Origin: Gnetum montanum
Taxonomy: Eukaryota > Plantae > Gnetophyta
Direction: 5' to 3'
Length of the DNA stretch: 64,000 bases
Assembly: GCA_015680685.1 (NCBI GenBank)
Contig: MNCI01002773.1
Span: 85,616-149,615 of the forward strand
The translations under genes and the position numbers were made by a program. Positions 1 through 12,975 of this stretch are shown in pieces. The notes below the pieces were generated by a model. That model was not told the origin of the DNA. It searched no databases and was given only the letters and a program-made list of their open reading frames with translations. The stretch's first letter is position 1. Every line of letters begins with the position of its first letter.

Positions 1-3000
1 TAGTGGGCAAATGCATATGTGTCCAATATGGCTTGCTAGTTAGTGTGTTGAAGCATTGATAGCATTGATGTGGGCCTTGGCCATATGGATCTCCTTCTCA
101 AGAATATTTTTGTACATCCCCACCTGGTCTCAGAAGTGCTCCTTTAGCTTTTCATGCCATTTAGCCTCGTTTTTCCACACGCTTATTTCAATAGCTATCT
201 TTTGACAGATTGCGCGTACCTCCTCCATTAAGAGGGTTTGATTCTCCTTAGCTAAACAGCTTATGTCTTGGTTGACCTGGATGAACTATTCTCACAATTG
301 ATGAAAATGTTCTTCGAGAACATTCTTTTGCTTCTCCACAGAGGTCAACCAAAGGTTGTTGGCAACAAAATACTTATTTTCCTCCTGTAAGGCTTTGAGT
401 GGCTTGATATGTGCATGAGTTTATGCCTATGCTATAGAGGCATCCCAAATAGCCTTCTCTTTTTCTTCAGCCACCTTCTTATTCTCCGTTAGTAGTTTGG
501 TTAGCTACTCAATTTTGAAATTGTCTAGCTGATCTGTAGGAACAAATTGTGAAGGGTCCCGCTATGTTGCTTGTAGGGCCATGAGCTTTTCTTGTAATTT
601 TTGCACCTCTGCTTCAGGATGCTCAACCCTCACTTCTATTAAGACCAGCTTCCCCTTAGTGGAAATGAGGTCTGATTGAATTGTTATAACATCTTGAGGG
701 ATGTCAAATAGGGACATCATTATTTGTCCTATTTGTAGCAATTGATCAAGTGCGTCCTCATTTTCTGCAGGAGTCATTGAGGTTCTAGCCAAAGTTTGAG
801 CATTTCATGCTCCTGTGAGATCTATCAGTGGTACAACAAGTACATTGAATGATTCTTTAATGTGGTCTGCGACCACTTCTGCGGCTCCCGCTGCATCCTA
901 GTGTTGCATGACCACCACTATGTCCCCTTCACCAGTTTGTAATTGCACTTAGAAAGATGCAATGTTTCCTGAGATCTATTGTGACCAAATACTCTCCCCT
1001 CCTCCTATGTGGATGGACACCTCACCCCTTGCATGATCAAAAGAAACCATGGGCTGTATGACATCTTCAATGATGCAGAAGAGATTTGCATCATCACAAC
1101 CTCCCCAACTAATAATCTTAGCGATGGCCCTGAGATGGCTCATCGACAGTCTGTAATCTTGCTGTGGCAATGGTTGATCCTGGCCCATGCTAGGTCCTAC
1201 TTCCTGTTGTTGGTTGGGTCCCGTACTTCTAAGTGGCTGGGTCCTAAAATTTGGTCCTCAGTCATGTGGGCCCAATCCACTTCCTTGAGATTAACACCTA
1301 TCAAGATGTTTCTCTCATTGACATTAGTCCATGTAGGTAGCACCCATGAAAATTTTGTGGTAGTCACGTCCCCAGAAGCAGTAGTGACCTAAGGAGTTGG
1401 GGAATTAATTACCATAACAAAGCATTCAAACAACTTGAAGGCATCTCCAATGTTGATTCCCCTCACAAAAAACTCTAGATTGCACCTCTCAATTGACTCC
1501 TCCTATAGCCATTTGAGGTAGCTCTCTTGTTTGGCCTTGTACTTTCTTTTGTGATCCTTTTCTGCTTGACCCCACACAAGGGCCCAAGTACAATAGTCTC
1601 TCCACTCCCTAGCTTTGTGAGGCAAAAGGTTCATCTGCAACTTCTGCTTCACAAGACTCCTAGCAAGAGTAACCTTGCCATGGATGGCATTCCAGTACCA
1701 TGCCCATTCTATTTTCTTAGTTCACAAGGAGTCTCTATTAGCCACTTCACCTTTTACAAACTCCTTATCATCCCTAAGGTCTTTAATCTCCTCAACGTAC
1801 TTCTTATTGTCCTTTTCTAATGCTACATCTCACTCCCATAGGAACTCATTAGAACATTGGCATTCCCATGAATTTTAGGCACGTGAGAGTGCACATTCAG
1901 TGGCACTTTCATATCACCTTCGTGGAACATTTTTCACTTCAAGTGGTAGGTTAGGTAGTTCATCAATTTCATCAATTTCAATGGCACAGTTGGGATCCCA
2001 TCCAACCTTTAACAGTGCAAAAAATATAATAGGTGAACACATAAAACCAATAAACAACAAATAATAAAATGGCCAAAAACTAAAAAAAAAAAAACTAAAA
2101 CCATATAACCATAAGACTTTAAAAAAATCATAAAACCAAAAAAAATGCATAAATAGTAAAAAATTAAAGATAAAATAAGGTAAGGTTCTCACCAACATTA
2201 GGAGCAATCTGATGCAACCAATTAATCATTTCTTTAGCCATCCCATGCATAAACCCTATTTTGTCAATAACTGCCACCCATGGTTTCATGAAAATGTAGA
2301 AGTTGAGGCATCTAGTTAAGGTTTAGGAGCTATAACAAGCATGACCATAGTTTAATGATTCAAACTAGATTCAAACATGAAACTACAAAATGCAACATAT
2401 AAAAAAAAATTCCCAAGTACCTTGAAGATTATCTAGGATGATAATAGAAGATTCACCTAACTATGAATCTTCAAATATGGCATCAAGGAGATTCAATGTG
2501 GCATTGGATAACCCCTCATCCTCATTCTTTTATTGTGCCTCCTCCTCTAGGCATTTAGCATGTTTTTCCTAAAACAAAACAACAACATGGCCATATAACA
2601 TAAAATATAATTGCAAAATAACTTAAACAGAATAACACAAGTAGAACATGCCTATAACCACATGATGTGCTTGGCCAAGTCTAATAATGAGACTTGTCTT
2701 CATAGGCTGCTCAACAATTGGTGTTGACTCCTCAACCATGGATCTCTTAACTTTGCTCTAGTTTTCCCATAAACTTTAGCACATAAGTTCTGCCCTTTGT
2801 AGAATTCCCATGGGTAACTTAGGGTTCAATCCCCATGCTATCAAAGGAAGGATAATGCATACCACTAAAGTGCTTATTGGTAATAGACAATGATTCCACA
2901 ACATCTTCCATTGATGGCTTTTGAGCCTGTATGGTTGGAATAATATGTTTCATTCAAGGTTTAGAGAATTGGGATGGATCTTAACTTACCCATCACCCAT

Positions 3001-4750
3001 CCTACTTCACCACTAGGAACTCCATGAGCCTCCTGAGATAGGATGCAAAAAATGCAAAGTACATATGGCATATCCTTGTAAGGTTATCTTGAAGTTTCAA
3101 GATCTTCCCTTGTAGCCCAAAAACCAAATGAGCAGCATAGTTGAATTGAGCATCCACAGTGAGGAACTTTTTCATGGTCCATGCCTATTCAATGCCTAGG
3201 ATATTCTTCTATGACAACAACTTTGAGAACACCCAGGATCAAAACAACAGATAGATCTTGTTCACCTCTATGACCTGGCAATGGTCTAGAGTCAATTCAG
3301 AGTGGCTGCAACAAGTGTTTAGCCATTCTTCCACTTCATTCCCATGGCCCACCTCTTTCCCTAATTTGGTAATGACCTTAATACCCTCATGAGAAATGCT
3401 AAAGAGGTCACTAAAGGTAGATTCATTGATGTCCAAGGTGACAAGCATACCTTGAACATGGGTGATGAATTTTTTCACTCCTTTGTTAAAGAAGTTGATG
3501 AGATTCACCATCTCTAGGATAGGGATGGTTGGGATAGGAGCCATGAATAAAATAAGAAAACCTGCACTAGTAATCCTCATGTGAATGTCTCTAGGTGCTT
3601 GGCTAGTCAACCAATACTACATTGTATTTACCTCACCAAACTTGAGAATATGTGTCCCCTTAGCATGTTCTAAAGTAATCACAACAATGGCAGATGTTGG
3701 CACAACCCCTACAACACAACAAAAAAAACTTGTTAGCTTTGGCATAGGCACATCATATAAAACCAAATAATAATAATAATAATAAAATAATATGTAACAA
3801 ACATAATAAATTAAAACAAACCTCATAGCCACACCGATAAAACTAGTTAAACAATCAAAGCCTAGATAACCTAACAACTATATAACTAGAAAACGTTGAC
3901 ATTGCATAAATAAAAAATAAAATAGAACAAAATAAAAAATTCCTACTTTGCTTACTAGTTGAGGGTAGCATGGGGACCTTAAGGGGTATACATGTCTATG
4001 CACCCAAATTGGGGACACCCCACCAACTATGAGCTATCCCATTGGCCAAGCACCTACAGTAGGCTTAAGAATAGCATGAGGTATACTTGCCAAAGTTATC
4101 CTTGAGTTGCTCCATCACTACGAGCCTCACTACTTGGCTTTTGGGAAAGGCCTCCAATGTTGTTTGGGCCAAGGATAATAGCTAGTCACTCTTGATCAAC
4201 CCTTGGTCATCTACCCTATACTTGTAAGCATTCCAACCCAAAAAGAAATCATTAAACCTAAGTGGCCTAAATAAAACCAATAGGTAAATCAAAAAACTTA
4301 AAATTACACTTACCCTTCCAAAATGGTAGATGGTGTTGGGAACGTTTTGGAATAAGATGTGAATGTGGTGACCAACTAGTAATATGTTGTTGGCAATGTA
4401 CTAGATAAATTCAGGCATGTCCCAAATTTTTGACAACTTACATGTACCTTTGGTGTACATGCCATTGAATTGGTCACCCTCCACACAAGTTTCAGGATCA
4501 TCAACTATGAACTTAATGATCAAGTTGGCAAAGTGGAGTAGTAGGTTCTCCAATGATGACAGTCGCTATGTCTGATGTCAAGTGTAACAACACCATCACA
4601 TTGAAGTTTTGCAATAGGAAGGCTAGGAACTCCTTGGCCCCTAGCCTAAACTAGAGGAAACTATGGTCCAAAACCATGTCAACAAGCTAGGTGTTGTGTC
4701 CTAGTATGTGTATGCAACACAGTAGCCTGACCAGCTCGATTACCACTAGG
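1..4750 (-). pseudogene. Decayed, probably multi-exon antisense accessory gene of a retrotransposon with a coiled-coil-like C-terminus
   Basis: Minus-strand coding-like fragments (3239-3610 ...VQGMLVTLDINESTFSDLFSISHEG...; 562-792 EVQKLQEKLMALQA; E/K/Q-rich 1-560) alternate with minus-strand T-rich tracts. These are bounded by splice-like sites: GGTAAG at about 4313, TGCAG| at about 3562, TTTTAG| at about 2569, AG|GTAC at about 2419, TTATAG| at about 2330, TTAAAG| at about 2007. Many stops. Confidence 0.45.
3767..3786. repeat. (TAA)n microsatellite
   Basis: ataataataataataataaa. Confidence 0.85.
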
Positions 4751-6842
4751 TTTCAAGAAGTTTCTACGTAACCCAACAATAACCATTAAAACCTTATATG
4801 ACCATAACAAAAATTTAATAGCCATTAAATAGCCAAAAATTTATAACCATAATTCCAATGTTTTCACACTAAACCAAACAACAAAATTCATAATTCTCAA
4901 CCCTTAAAACCAAAGTAAAATTTAACCAAAAATTAAACGAAAGGACCAAATAGCCCATTAACACTAATGGCAATCTCATGGTGAAAATATACATAAAAAT
5001 TGTAAAAAAATTATGTATAAAATTGAAACCATGAGATTTATCTTGTGCCAAAATATAAACCACAATGAAAGTTACAAAATTCCAACTTGAATTTAACAAA
5101 ATTTTGATTAGAAATCCTAGTTTACAGTGAAATTAGCTATAGTAGAAACTTTAGGGAGGCTAGTTAAAAATTTTGAAAAATTCTAATAGCTATTGGAAAT
5201 TAACCAAAAACATGTAAATAACCACTAGGGGCCTAAACCATGCATAAAAAATTCCAAAAATAGACCAATGCTACTTATACACATCTGAGAGGTTTGTAGT
5301 TTCAATAGTTGAAACTGAAACTATAAAAGACAATTCACATGTATAAAAAATGATAAAATTTTACTAAAAATTTCTTTCTAAGTCTAGGAATTCCACATAC
5401 ATGAAATTCAAAAAAAAAATTTAACATCAATGTTGCAATTTTAGGCCTAGGAAAAACTTACATCACAACCTATAATCACTTTGAAATTTTACACAAAAAC
5501 CAATCCATAGAAAAATGACTACAATACAAGCACTATAAAAAATATGAAAATTTTTCAAAAAAAAATTGAAATTGATGTAAAACCCTCCCAAATAGTCCTA
5601 AGCATCTCTAGGAAGCTAGTAAGTTGGTAGAAAACTTCATTGCAAGTGCCAATGTTGCCCAATTTCAAAGGGGTAAAATAGTAAAAAACCAAAAACCCAC
5701 CGTGCACTAACTTATGAAAAAATTGACCATAAGTCAAAAGTTAGTGGATCAACCACCAATTCAACCAAAAAATAATAAAAAACAACCCCATGGCCCTAGA
5801 AATACAAAATTATCTACCAATATCTTATAAAAAATAGGAAAGTGGTATTGCTTTTTTGATGAAAATAGCAAAAAATACACAACACAAGGTAAAAAAAATA
5901 TTTATAACTCAATATAAGCTAGATCTATGCCAAAACAATGCATTATACACATAACCAAAACCCAAATAAAAATTTTGAAACATCCAAAGCCAAAATCCAT
6001 TAAACATACAAGCCTAACCAAGAGAAAATGCCTAGGTTCTAAGCCAACATTCACAAAAAATGACCAAGAAAAGGGCACTTGGTAGTCATGGTGGATGATC
6101 CTTTTCCAAGTAGAGGCCATGGTAGGTGGGAGAGTCACCTCCTAGTAGCATCTACCTCTTCTAGTATGTGCTTGCAAATGCTCTCCTTTTCAACATGTTG
6201 GGCAAGTTGATGCAAAAAATCTTTAAAACCTCCTTCACTCTCCTAACAACTGCACTACTCCTTGGTGTGTTCTAGCCAAACCATGCTAGGGATGAATGAT
6301 AATTGAGGCCAAAATCAATGTAGAAGCCTTGATGCTATGTGCTACTTATTGGAGATGAACTAGGAAAATTGGTGTTGGTAAAATTGTAATGTGGGAATTA
6401 CTCCCAAACTTATGCATTGATCATCTAAACACCTTGCCCAAAACACCCACACAACTTACACATAACTCCATGTTCACAATTAGAAGGTGGGAACTAAAAT
6501 GGGTTAGTGGAAAAATTAATGTATTTTAACAATTTAAATTTTGGTGGATCCCCCTAGGCTCCTCCCAAATAAACTAGTAAAAATCCTAACACACTAGGAT
6601 TTAGGCTTTTCCATAGGAACTACGCTAGGATTAATTTCCAAGAAAGCTTTGGAATGGGTTTCAAGCCTTAACCACTACCAAGATTCACCTCTCAGCCACC
6701 AATCCACAACATGTTGAAGTTAGTAAACCCTCATGCCAAAATTTGAAATTGAATATTAACATTGGAAAGTACAAAGCACCGAAGGAAGTTAAAACTCATA
6801 ACAAAACAAGTTATTTTGGGTAACGATACTGGCCAACAGCCC

Positions 6843-8181
6843 AACTGCATAGGCTAGCATAGTTCCAAATGGGATGGAACTTTCCACCACTAGCCAAACT
6901 TACAATTGACTTTGGCTAGAACCCTAGCTAGAACCTCCAACAACTTTAGAATCCATTAAGGATTGTTGAAAAATGCCAAAAAATCATTTGTTCTAAGGAA
7001 ACCACATTATAGGACATCTGGACTATGTTGGCCAACATAGTACCAATGTAGTTCATAGGAGTTTGACCATCAAATACCTCAAATAGCCTTCAAAGTGATG
7101 TGTCATGACCTTTACACCTCCTTGAATCCATCAATAACCCTAAATTCTAAGTAATGAAGCAAAAAAAAGTTAAAACATACACTAATAAAGGTTGGAACTA
7201 CATTGGCTAGCATAGTCCTAGCTTGGTTCTTTCATGAAAGTTCAAAAACAGGCCACTAACATGCTAGATTGGCCTCTAAGTACATCATCCTAACCCCAAA
7301 ACCCTGTTTGAGCCCCTAGAGACTACCAAACCCTAAAAAATAAGTCAAAAATGATCAAAATTCATCATATTCCTCCCAACCACATTGGGACTATGCTAGC
7401 CAACATAGTCCAGTGGGTGATGGCCATATCAAAGCTCAAATAATCTTTAGAATTAGTAATCTTAGGCCTAAAATTCTGACTATGTACATTAGTGATCCCA
7501 AGAATCCAAGAACTTGGTCAATTAATCACCAAAGCTTATCAAACATCTAGATTCAAGTGAAACTACACTAGGCAAGGTCAAAGCCATGCTAGCCAGCATG
7601 GCTCCAACATGTTTGTGATTCCAAGATGGTTTTACTAGCACCACAACATTCCAAATGGCCTAAAAATTAACCATGAAATTCTAGAACATTGAAACCGTAA
7701 AGCCATATGCAATTTGGTCTTTTTTTGAGCATTAAAAGCTCAAGTTTTATCAATCCACACTGAGGCCACCATGAACTATGCTAGACCACATAGTTTTAGG
7801 GGGATGGTATCAAATGTCACTTTCAAAAATCTATTTTGGGCTTTGAATGAGTGATTTACAACCTTGATTTCCCTACGCTACCCTAAGAAGCTGACGAAAC
7901 ATAACTTGTAACCCTGAGATATCATGAATTCATTTTTTTCATGGAACTACATTAAAGCCACACTGACTAGTGTATTCCTAGGTAGTTCTCAATTCTTAAT
8001 AGCATTTTTGGCTTACAGAGGATTAAAATGATGCTAAAGTTGACCAGTCTCCACTCCAAATCCACTTTGATATTAATACACATCATCAAAATCCCATAAC
8101 CAACCATAAAAAATCTAGAAATTCACATTTTGATAAGAACCATGCTAGGGCCTACAAGAGCCATGCTAGCTAGCATGATTC
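6843..8181. repeat. Array of eight ~22-bp palindromic motifs spaced 174-201 bp apart
   Basis: Copies at about 6843, 7021 (gactatgttggccaacatagt), 7195, 7388 (ggactatgctagccaacatagtcc), 7582 (agccatgctagccagcatggct), 7774, 7957 and 8158. Spacers are poorly conserved. Confidence 0.75.
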
Positions 8182-8339
8182 TAGCTTGGCTCCAACTTAG
8201 TTACCAAAAGGGGCTTCATGCTTTCCTTCAAACCCCTTAGAATGATCTCCCTAGCTATGCAAACTCCCCCATCAATCTTGTAGCCTTCCACCATGACATG
8301 CTAAGGCCTAAAACTATCAAAATGTTACCCTAATTGATC

Positions 8340-8930
8340 AATATTGATCATTTTCCCCCCATGTTTTTCACCTTAACTGGTTTGACCTTGTTCCATTGAG
8401 TTTCAACTTTTTTTGACCTTGTTGTTCATTATTAACCTTTATTGTTAGATCATTTGGTGTCATTTGGCCTCATTTTAATTATTTTAGCATCATTTGGCCC
8501 TAAATTCATGAAACGTTTCTATCATTTAGCATCATTTGACCTTAGTGAACTTGCTTTGACATCAATTAACACCATTAGACATTAATGTGACATTATTCGA
8601 TCCTCCATGACATCATTTGATTGGATTTGACCATTATTTGGGCTACAATCAACTTCATTTGTATTATTTAGCTATCATTTAGCTTTATTCTATGTTAGTT
8701 GGCCTTTGGTTTACCTTATTTATCTTACCTTTCTCTTTTGTGACCTTTACTGACCTTGCTTTGACCTTTTTTGACATCATTTGATGGGATTTGACCATCA
8801 TTGGGTCATCATTTGGCCTTTGTTCGACCTTATTTCACATTATTTAACCTTTGTTTCACCCTATTTGTTATAGCCTACCTCTTATAACCTTTAGTGGCCT
8901 TGTTTGAACCTTTTTTGACCATTGGAATAA
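8340..8930 (+). repeat. Degenerate pyrimidine-rich short-unit repeat (TTTGACC/CATCATTTGGCC-like) upstream of RT
   Basis: Many variants of tttgacctt and catcatttg(g/a)cc. Confidence 0.65.
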
Positions 8931-9099
8931 CATGTTGTGGCTTACCCATCCATAATTGCTAGAGTATTTTACATTATTTTGGCATTATTTGCTCATTTTA
9001 TCACACAAGTGCCACTTAATGTGCTTATGGTTGAAATGTAGTATTGAAGTATGAACACCTAGAAGAAAATCAATTTACCTTTGAGCCTAAGTGGATCTC

Positions 9100-10130
9100 A
9101 TGGTGATGTTGAATGATTCATTGACCTTAATTACTTAGATCTTGAGCCTGAGAGCCCAATCGACCACATAGCCTCGATAGAGAAACCTCTTGAGTGGCTA
9201 GAAAACTTAGTTAAGACCCTTGACCTTAAGGCTAGTGACATTACTGAAGACTCTCTAGTTGAGATTCTTATCACAACACATAGTGGTATGGAGAAAACAC
9301 TGAAATTAACTTCCTCACGGGAACCTCAATAGGCTCAAGACATGACTAAGGTCCTTCAAAACAATACTAAGGTCTTTGCCTAGTCTTACAAAGAAATTCT
9401 AGGTTTTGACCCATACCTATTGCAACATAACATCATACTTGATCCTAGTATTAAGCTAGTTAAGCAAAAATTTTGTAAGATTAGACCAAATTTAGCCCTA
9501 GTAGTTCATGATGGAATCATAAAACTATATCAGGTCAATTTCATTCAAGTTATTGATTAAATAGATTGGGTGTCTAACATAGTGGTAGTCCTTAGAAAAA
9601 TAGGAGTATATGTATCTATATTGATTTCCAATACCTGAATAGGGTGATTATCAAAGATGATTTTCCTTTGCCTAGTATTGATCAACTTATAGATACTACG
9701 GTTGGACATGCCTTGTTATCTTTCATGTTTCTATGACCTTCATGACCCCTTGGGGAACCTTTTTGTACACCATGATTCCTTTTGATCTAAAGAATGCAAA
9801 TGCAACTTATCAATAAGCCATGATATATATCTTTGGTGATTATATGCTAGGATTACTTAATGACTACATGGATGGTATAGTTATTAAGTCTAAAAGGACC
9901 AATAACCATGCACATGACCTTGACCTTTTGTTAAAATGATGTCTCAAATAAGATGCTTGGCTTTATGGTATCTAAAGAAAGAATATGTGTCAATCTTGAT
10001 AAGATTAAATCCATATCCAACCTAGTAGCACCAGCTAACCTTAAGGAGCTTTGAGGACAACAAGGTAGATTATAATTTATCTATAGGTTCATCTACAAGC
10101 TTACAAATAAGTTAGAACCAATGGAACACT
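9100..10130 (+). pseudogene. Tat-type reverse transcriptase relic (element A)
   Basis: KVFA*SYKEILGFDP..LQHNI, DDFPLPSIDQLIDTTVGHALLSFM, IPFDLKNANATYQ, and YMDG at 9865 (decayed YVDD). Stops and frameshifts. Confidence 0.9.
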
Positions 10131-10640
10131 TGCTTAAAAAAGGAGTTCACTATGAGTGGATGGCTCAACGTCAAGAAGCCTTTGAAAACCTTAAGCAAGA
10201 GTTGGCACAACTACCCATGGTCTATACACCACAAAAGGATAAACCTTTTTACATCTACAATGCTATCTCTAACACATCCATTGCCTCTCTACTCTATTAG
10301 AAATGGGATAATGGAGTAGAGTTACTAGTGTACTACCTAAGTCCTACATTGATTACCTATGAGACCCAATACATCGAAGTGGAGAAGTATTTTCTAGCCC
10401 TAATCTTCTCATTAAAGAAATGGAGACACTACCTCTTTAGGAGCCAAGTCAATGTCATTTGCAAAGACAATGCGCTTAGACCCATAATGACCTATATCTA
10501 TGAAAGTAGCCATATAGTGCATTGGAAAGCAATAATATCTGAGTTTAACCTCCATTACATCTCTCAAGTCTTAACCAAAGGCTAAGCTGTAGCCACACAA
10601 CTTACTATTTCCCTAGTAGAAGTCCATGCAACCATTGACC
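10131..10640 (+). pseudogene. Ty3/gypsy RNase H relic (element A)
   Basis: ORF 10328-10585 YYLSPTLITYETQYIEVEKYFLALIFSLKKWRHYL...WKAIISEF. Confidence 0.9.
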
Positions 10641-10689
10641 TTGAATTCCCTAATGAACATATCAATATTGTTAGTGAAGTACCTAATGG

Positions 10690-11070
10690 CTATGAGGTAA
10701 TTATGAATTTTGGCAAAGCTTTGACTGTCCATGGGTCCAGTGTTGCTAGCTTCATAACATCACATTTTGGTTAAATCCAACCTTTGCCTGTCATTTTTAA
10801 TTCCCATGTACCAACAACATGGTGGAGTATGATAGATTGATCAGGGGAATGATGGTAGCTCATAACCAAGGAAACAAACATGTAATGATATAGATGATTT
10901 ATAGCTTATGGTTAACTAATTAATTGAGTTCACACATGTAAAGCCAAACATTTGCAATCTTATGTGACCTAGGTAAGAAAATAATGAAATAATTTATAGA
11001 CATTACTATCCAACATCTACCCTGAGCCACAAACACGTTAGTTGATGCCATTATGATCTTAGCCCTAAGT
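10690..11070 (+). pseudogene. Additional archaeal-type RNase H (aRH) relic, diagnostic of the Tat clade
   Basis: MNFGKA..HGSSVA (FDGA..G.GAG), FPCTNNMVEYDRLIRGM (TNN.AEYEALI.GL), DDL*LMVN (DSQLVVNQ), P*ATNTLVDAI (PR..N..ADAL). Domain order is RT-RH-aRH-INT. Confidence 0.85.
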
Positions 11071-11179
11071 GTGACACCCAATGTGTTTAGCATGTTACCC
11101 TTGTTAACTATGACTTGTGCTCTTCCCATTATGTAGAACACTAAAGGTGATCCTATAGCCTCTATCAACACTGCTCCTC

Positions 11180-12426
11180 AAAAGGAATTGTATGATCATA
11201 TCAAGTATTACCTTATACATGGGGAATCTCCACAAGGCCTGACTACTTCTCAAAAGGATGCTATACATAAAATATCAAAATATTATGTCATTATAGGTGA
11301 TAACACACTATGACGATGGTCCCATGATGGAATATTGTTAGTGTGCTTGGGAAAAACTAAGGCTCACATAGTCCTTGAGCAAATTGATAAGGCTATATGT
11401 GGCAAACATATAGGACCTAGAGCCATAGCCATGAAGATTAGGAGACTAGGCTATTATTGGACCTATATGGAAATTGACTACCTACAGAAGGTTAAAATTT
11501 ATAACACCTATCAATGGCATAGCAAACTGATACATGTGCCATTAACTAAGTTACATACTACTTAGATAACTTGGTCATTTCAACAGTGGAGACTTGACAT
11601 TATTGGACCTATAATGCCTAAGTCTTCAACAAGGCATAACTTTATCATCAGTACAATTGAATACTTTATAAATTAGGTTGAAGCTATTCCCCTAAGGAAA
11701 AAAATATCTCAAAAAGTCTATAGATTCATATTGGATAACATATCCTATTTTAACATACCTTTGACCATAGTCATAGATAATGGACCACAGTTTAGTAGCC
11801 AAGAAATGCAAGCCTTTTGTCAAGACCTAGGCATCAAGCATTTCTTTTCATCACCTTACTATGCTCAAGCCAATGGACAACCCAAAGCTAGCAATAAGGT
11901 CATCATAAACTTGCTAAAAAAGATACTTAATAATAGCATACGCAAGTGGCATGAGCAACTTATCCATACCCTTTAGACCTATAGAACTACCTATCAAATT
12001 GTAGCTAATGTAATCCCATATAGCTTGATTTATGGATATGAAGCTATTTTAGCTCTTGAATTACAGGTTCCATCTTTCAAAGTGGCTTTATTGGACCTCA
12101 TCAAAGATGAGAAAAACAAGGAGCTATGTACCATTAACATAGATTCAGCAAAAGAGTAGTGAATAAAAATGCTTTCTCACATTGGACAATACCAAGATGG
12201 GTAGAAGAAACATCATCACCATGACTTGAATAAATGAAAGATCAAGGAGGGGGACCTGGTCCTCAAGGCTATTTATGAGCATGTGGAAAAATTCTTAGCC
12301 AACTGGAAGAAACCTTTCTTAATCACCAAGGCCTTTGAAAATGGAAATTTTAGAGTGGCATACATGGATGAGAATGAATTGGCCAATCCAGTTAACCATT
12401 CTTATCTAAATCTTTATTGCATCTAA
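11180..12426 (+). pseudogene. Integrase relic (element A)
   Basis: ICGKHIGPRAIAMKIRRLGYYW; WRLDIIGP; IDNGPQF...SSPYYAQANGQPKASNK; GPY/F-like NWKKPF at 12301. No chromodomain seen. Confidence 0.9.
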
Positions 12427-12975
12427 CATAGTCTTCTTTATAGGTACAAACCAATAATTGATATCAACGACCTTTAAAACCTATAAATAGAAAGATTGCA
12501 TGTTCTCTCTCTCAATTTCTTTCTTTGGCAAGATAAATGAATTGTAAACTCTATAAATCTAATGCACATTACATAGATCTCTCCATGCTATAATAATAAG
12601 GACCTCTGATGACTTGGTTTGTTGGTTGTCTCATGTGGCCCTATGCATTATTATGTAACAACATGTTTTGTTTTCTTGTTCTCTTTGAGTTGTGCTTGTA
12701 GGATGAAGCCTGGAGGTCATTGCAGAGGTGCAACTCATCATGGCATCAAGTTATCACATGACCTCGATGCACAAAAGTGGGTTGGCTTGTTATTCCATTT
12801 CAAGAGTGCTTGTTCTACATCATTGCCATTATCCCTTCTTGAGCCCAACCTTATCGCCTAGTTATAATCTTTTTTGCCAATAAATGAAAATGATGACCTA
12901 TGTTTGACACTCGTGCATTATTGCCATATGATGTTTCCCTCATCATGCTTTGTCATCAATTCCATTGGATGTAAC

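Noticed and set aside
1914-2207. Hydrophobic 'membrane protein' ORFs (also 3617-3877, 4869-5099, 22142-22426)
   Set aside because: Translations of T-rich low-complexity or intron-like tracts.
6843-8181. CRISPR-like array (palindromic repeats with variable spacers; likewise 41323-41610)
   Set aside because: Eukaryotic TE context, degenerate repeats, spacer lengths outside the CRISPR range and no cas genes.
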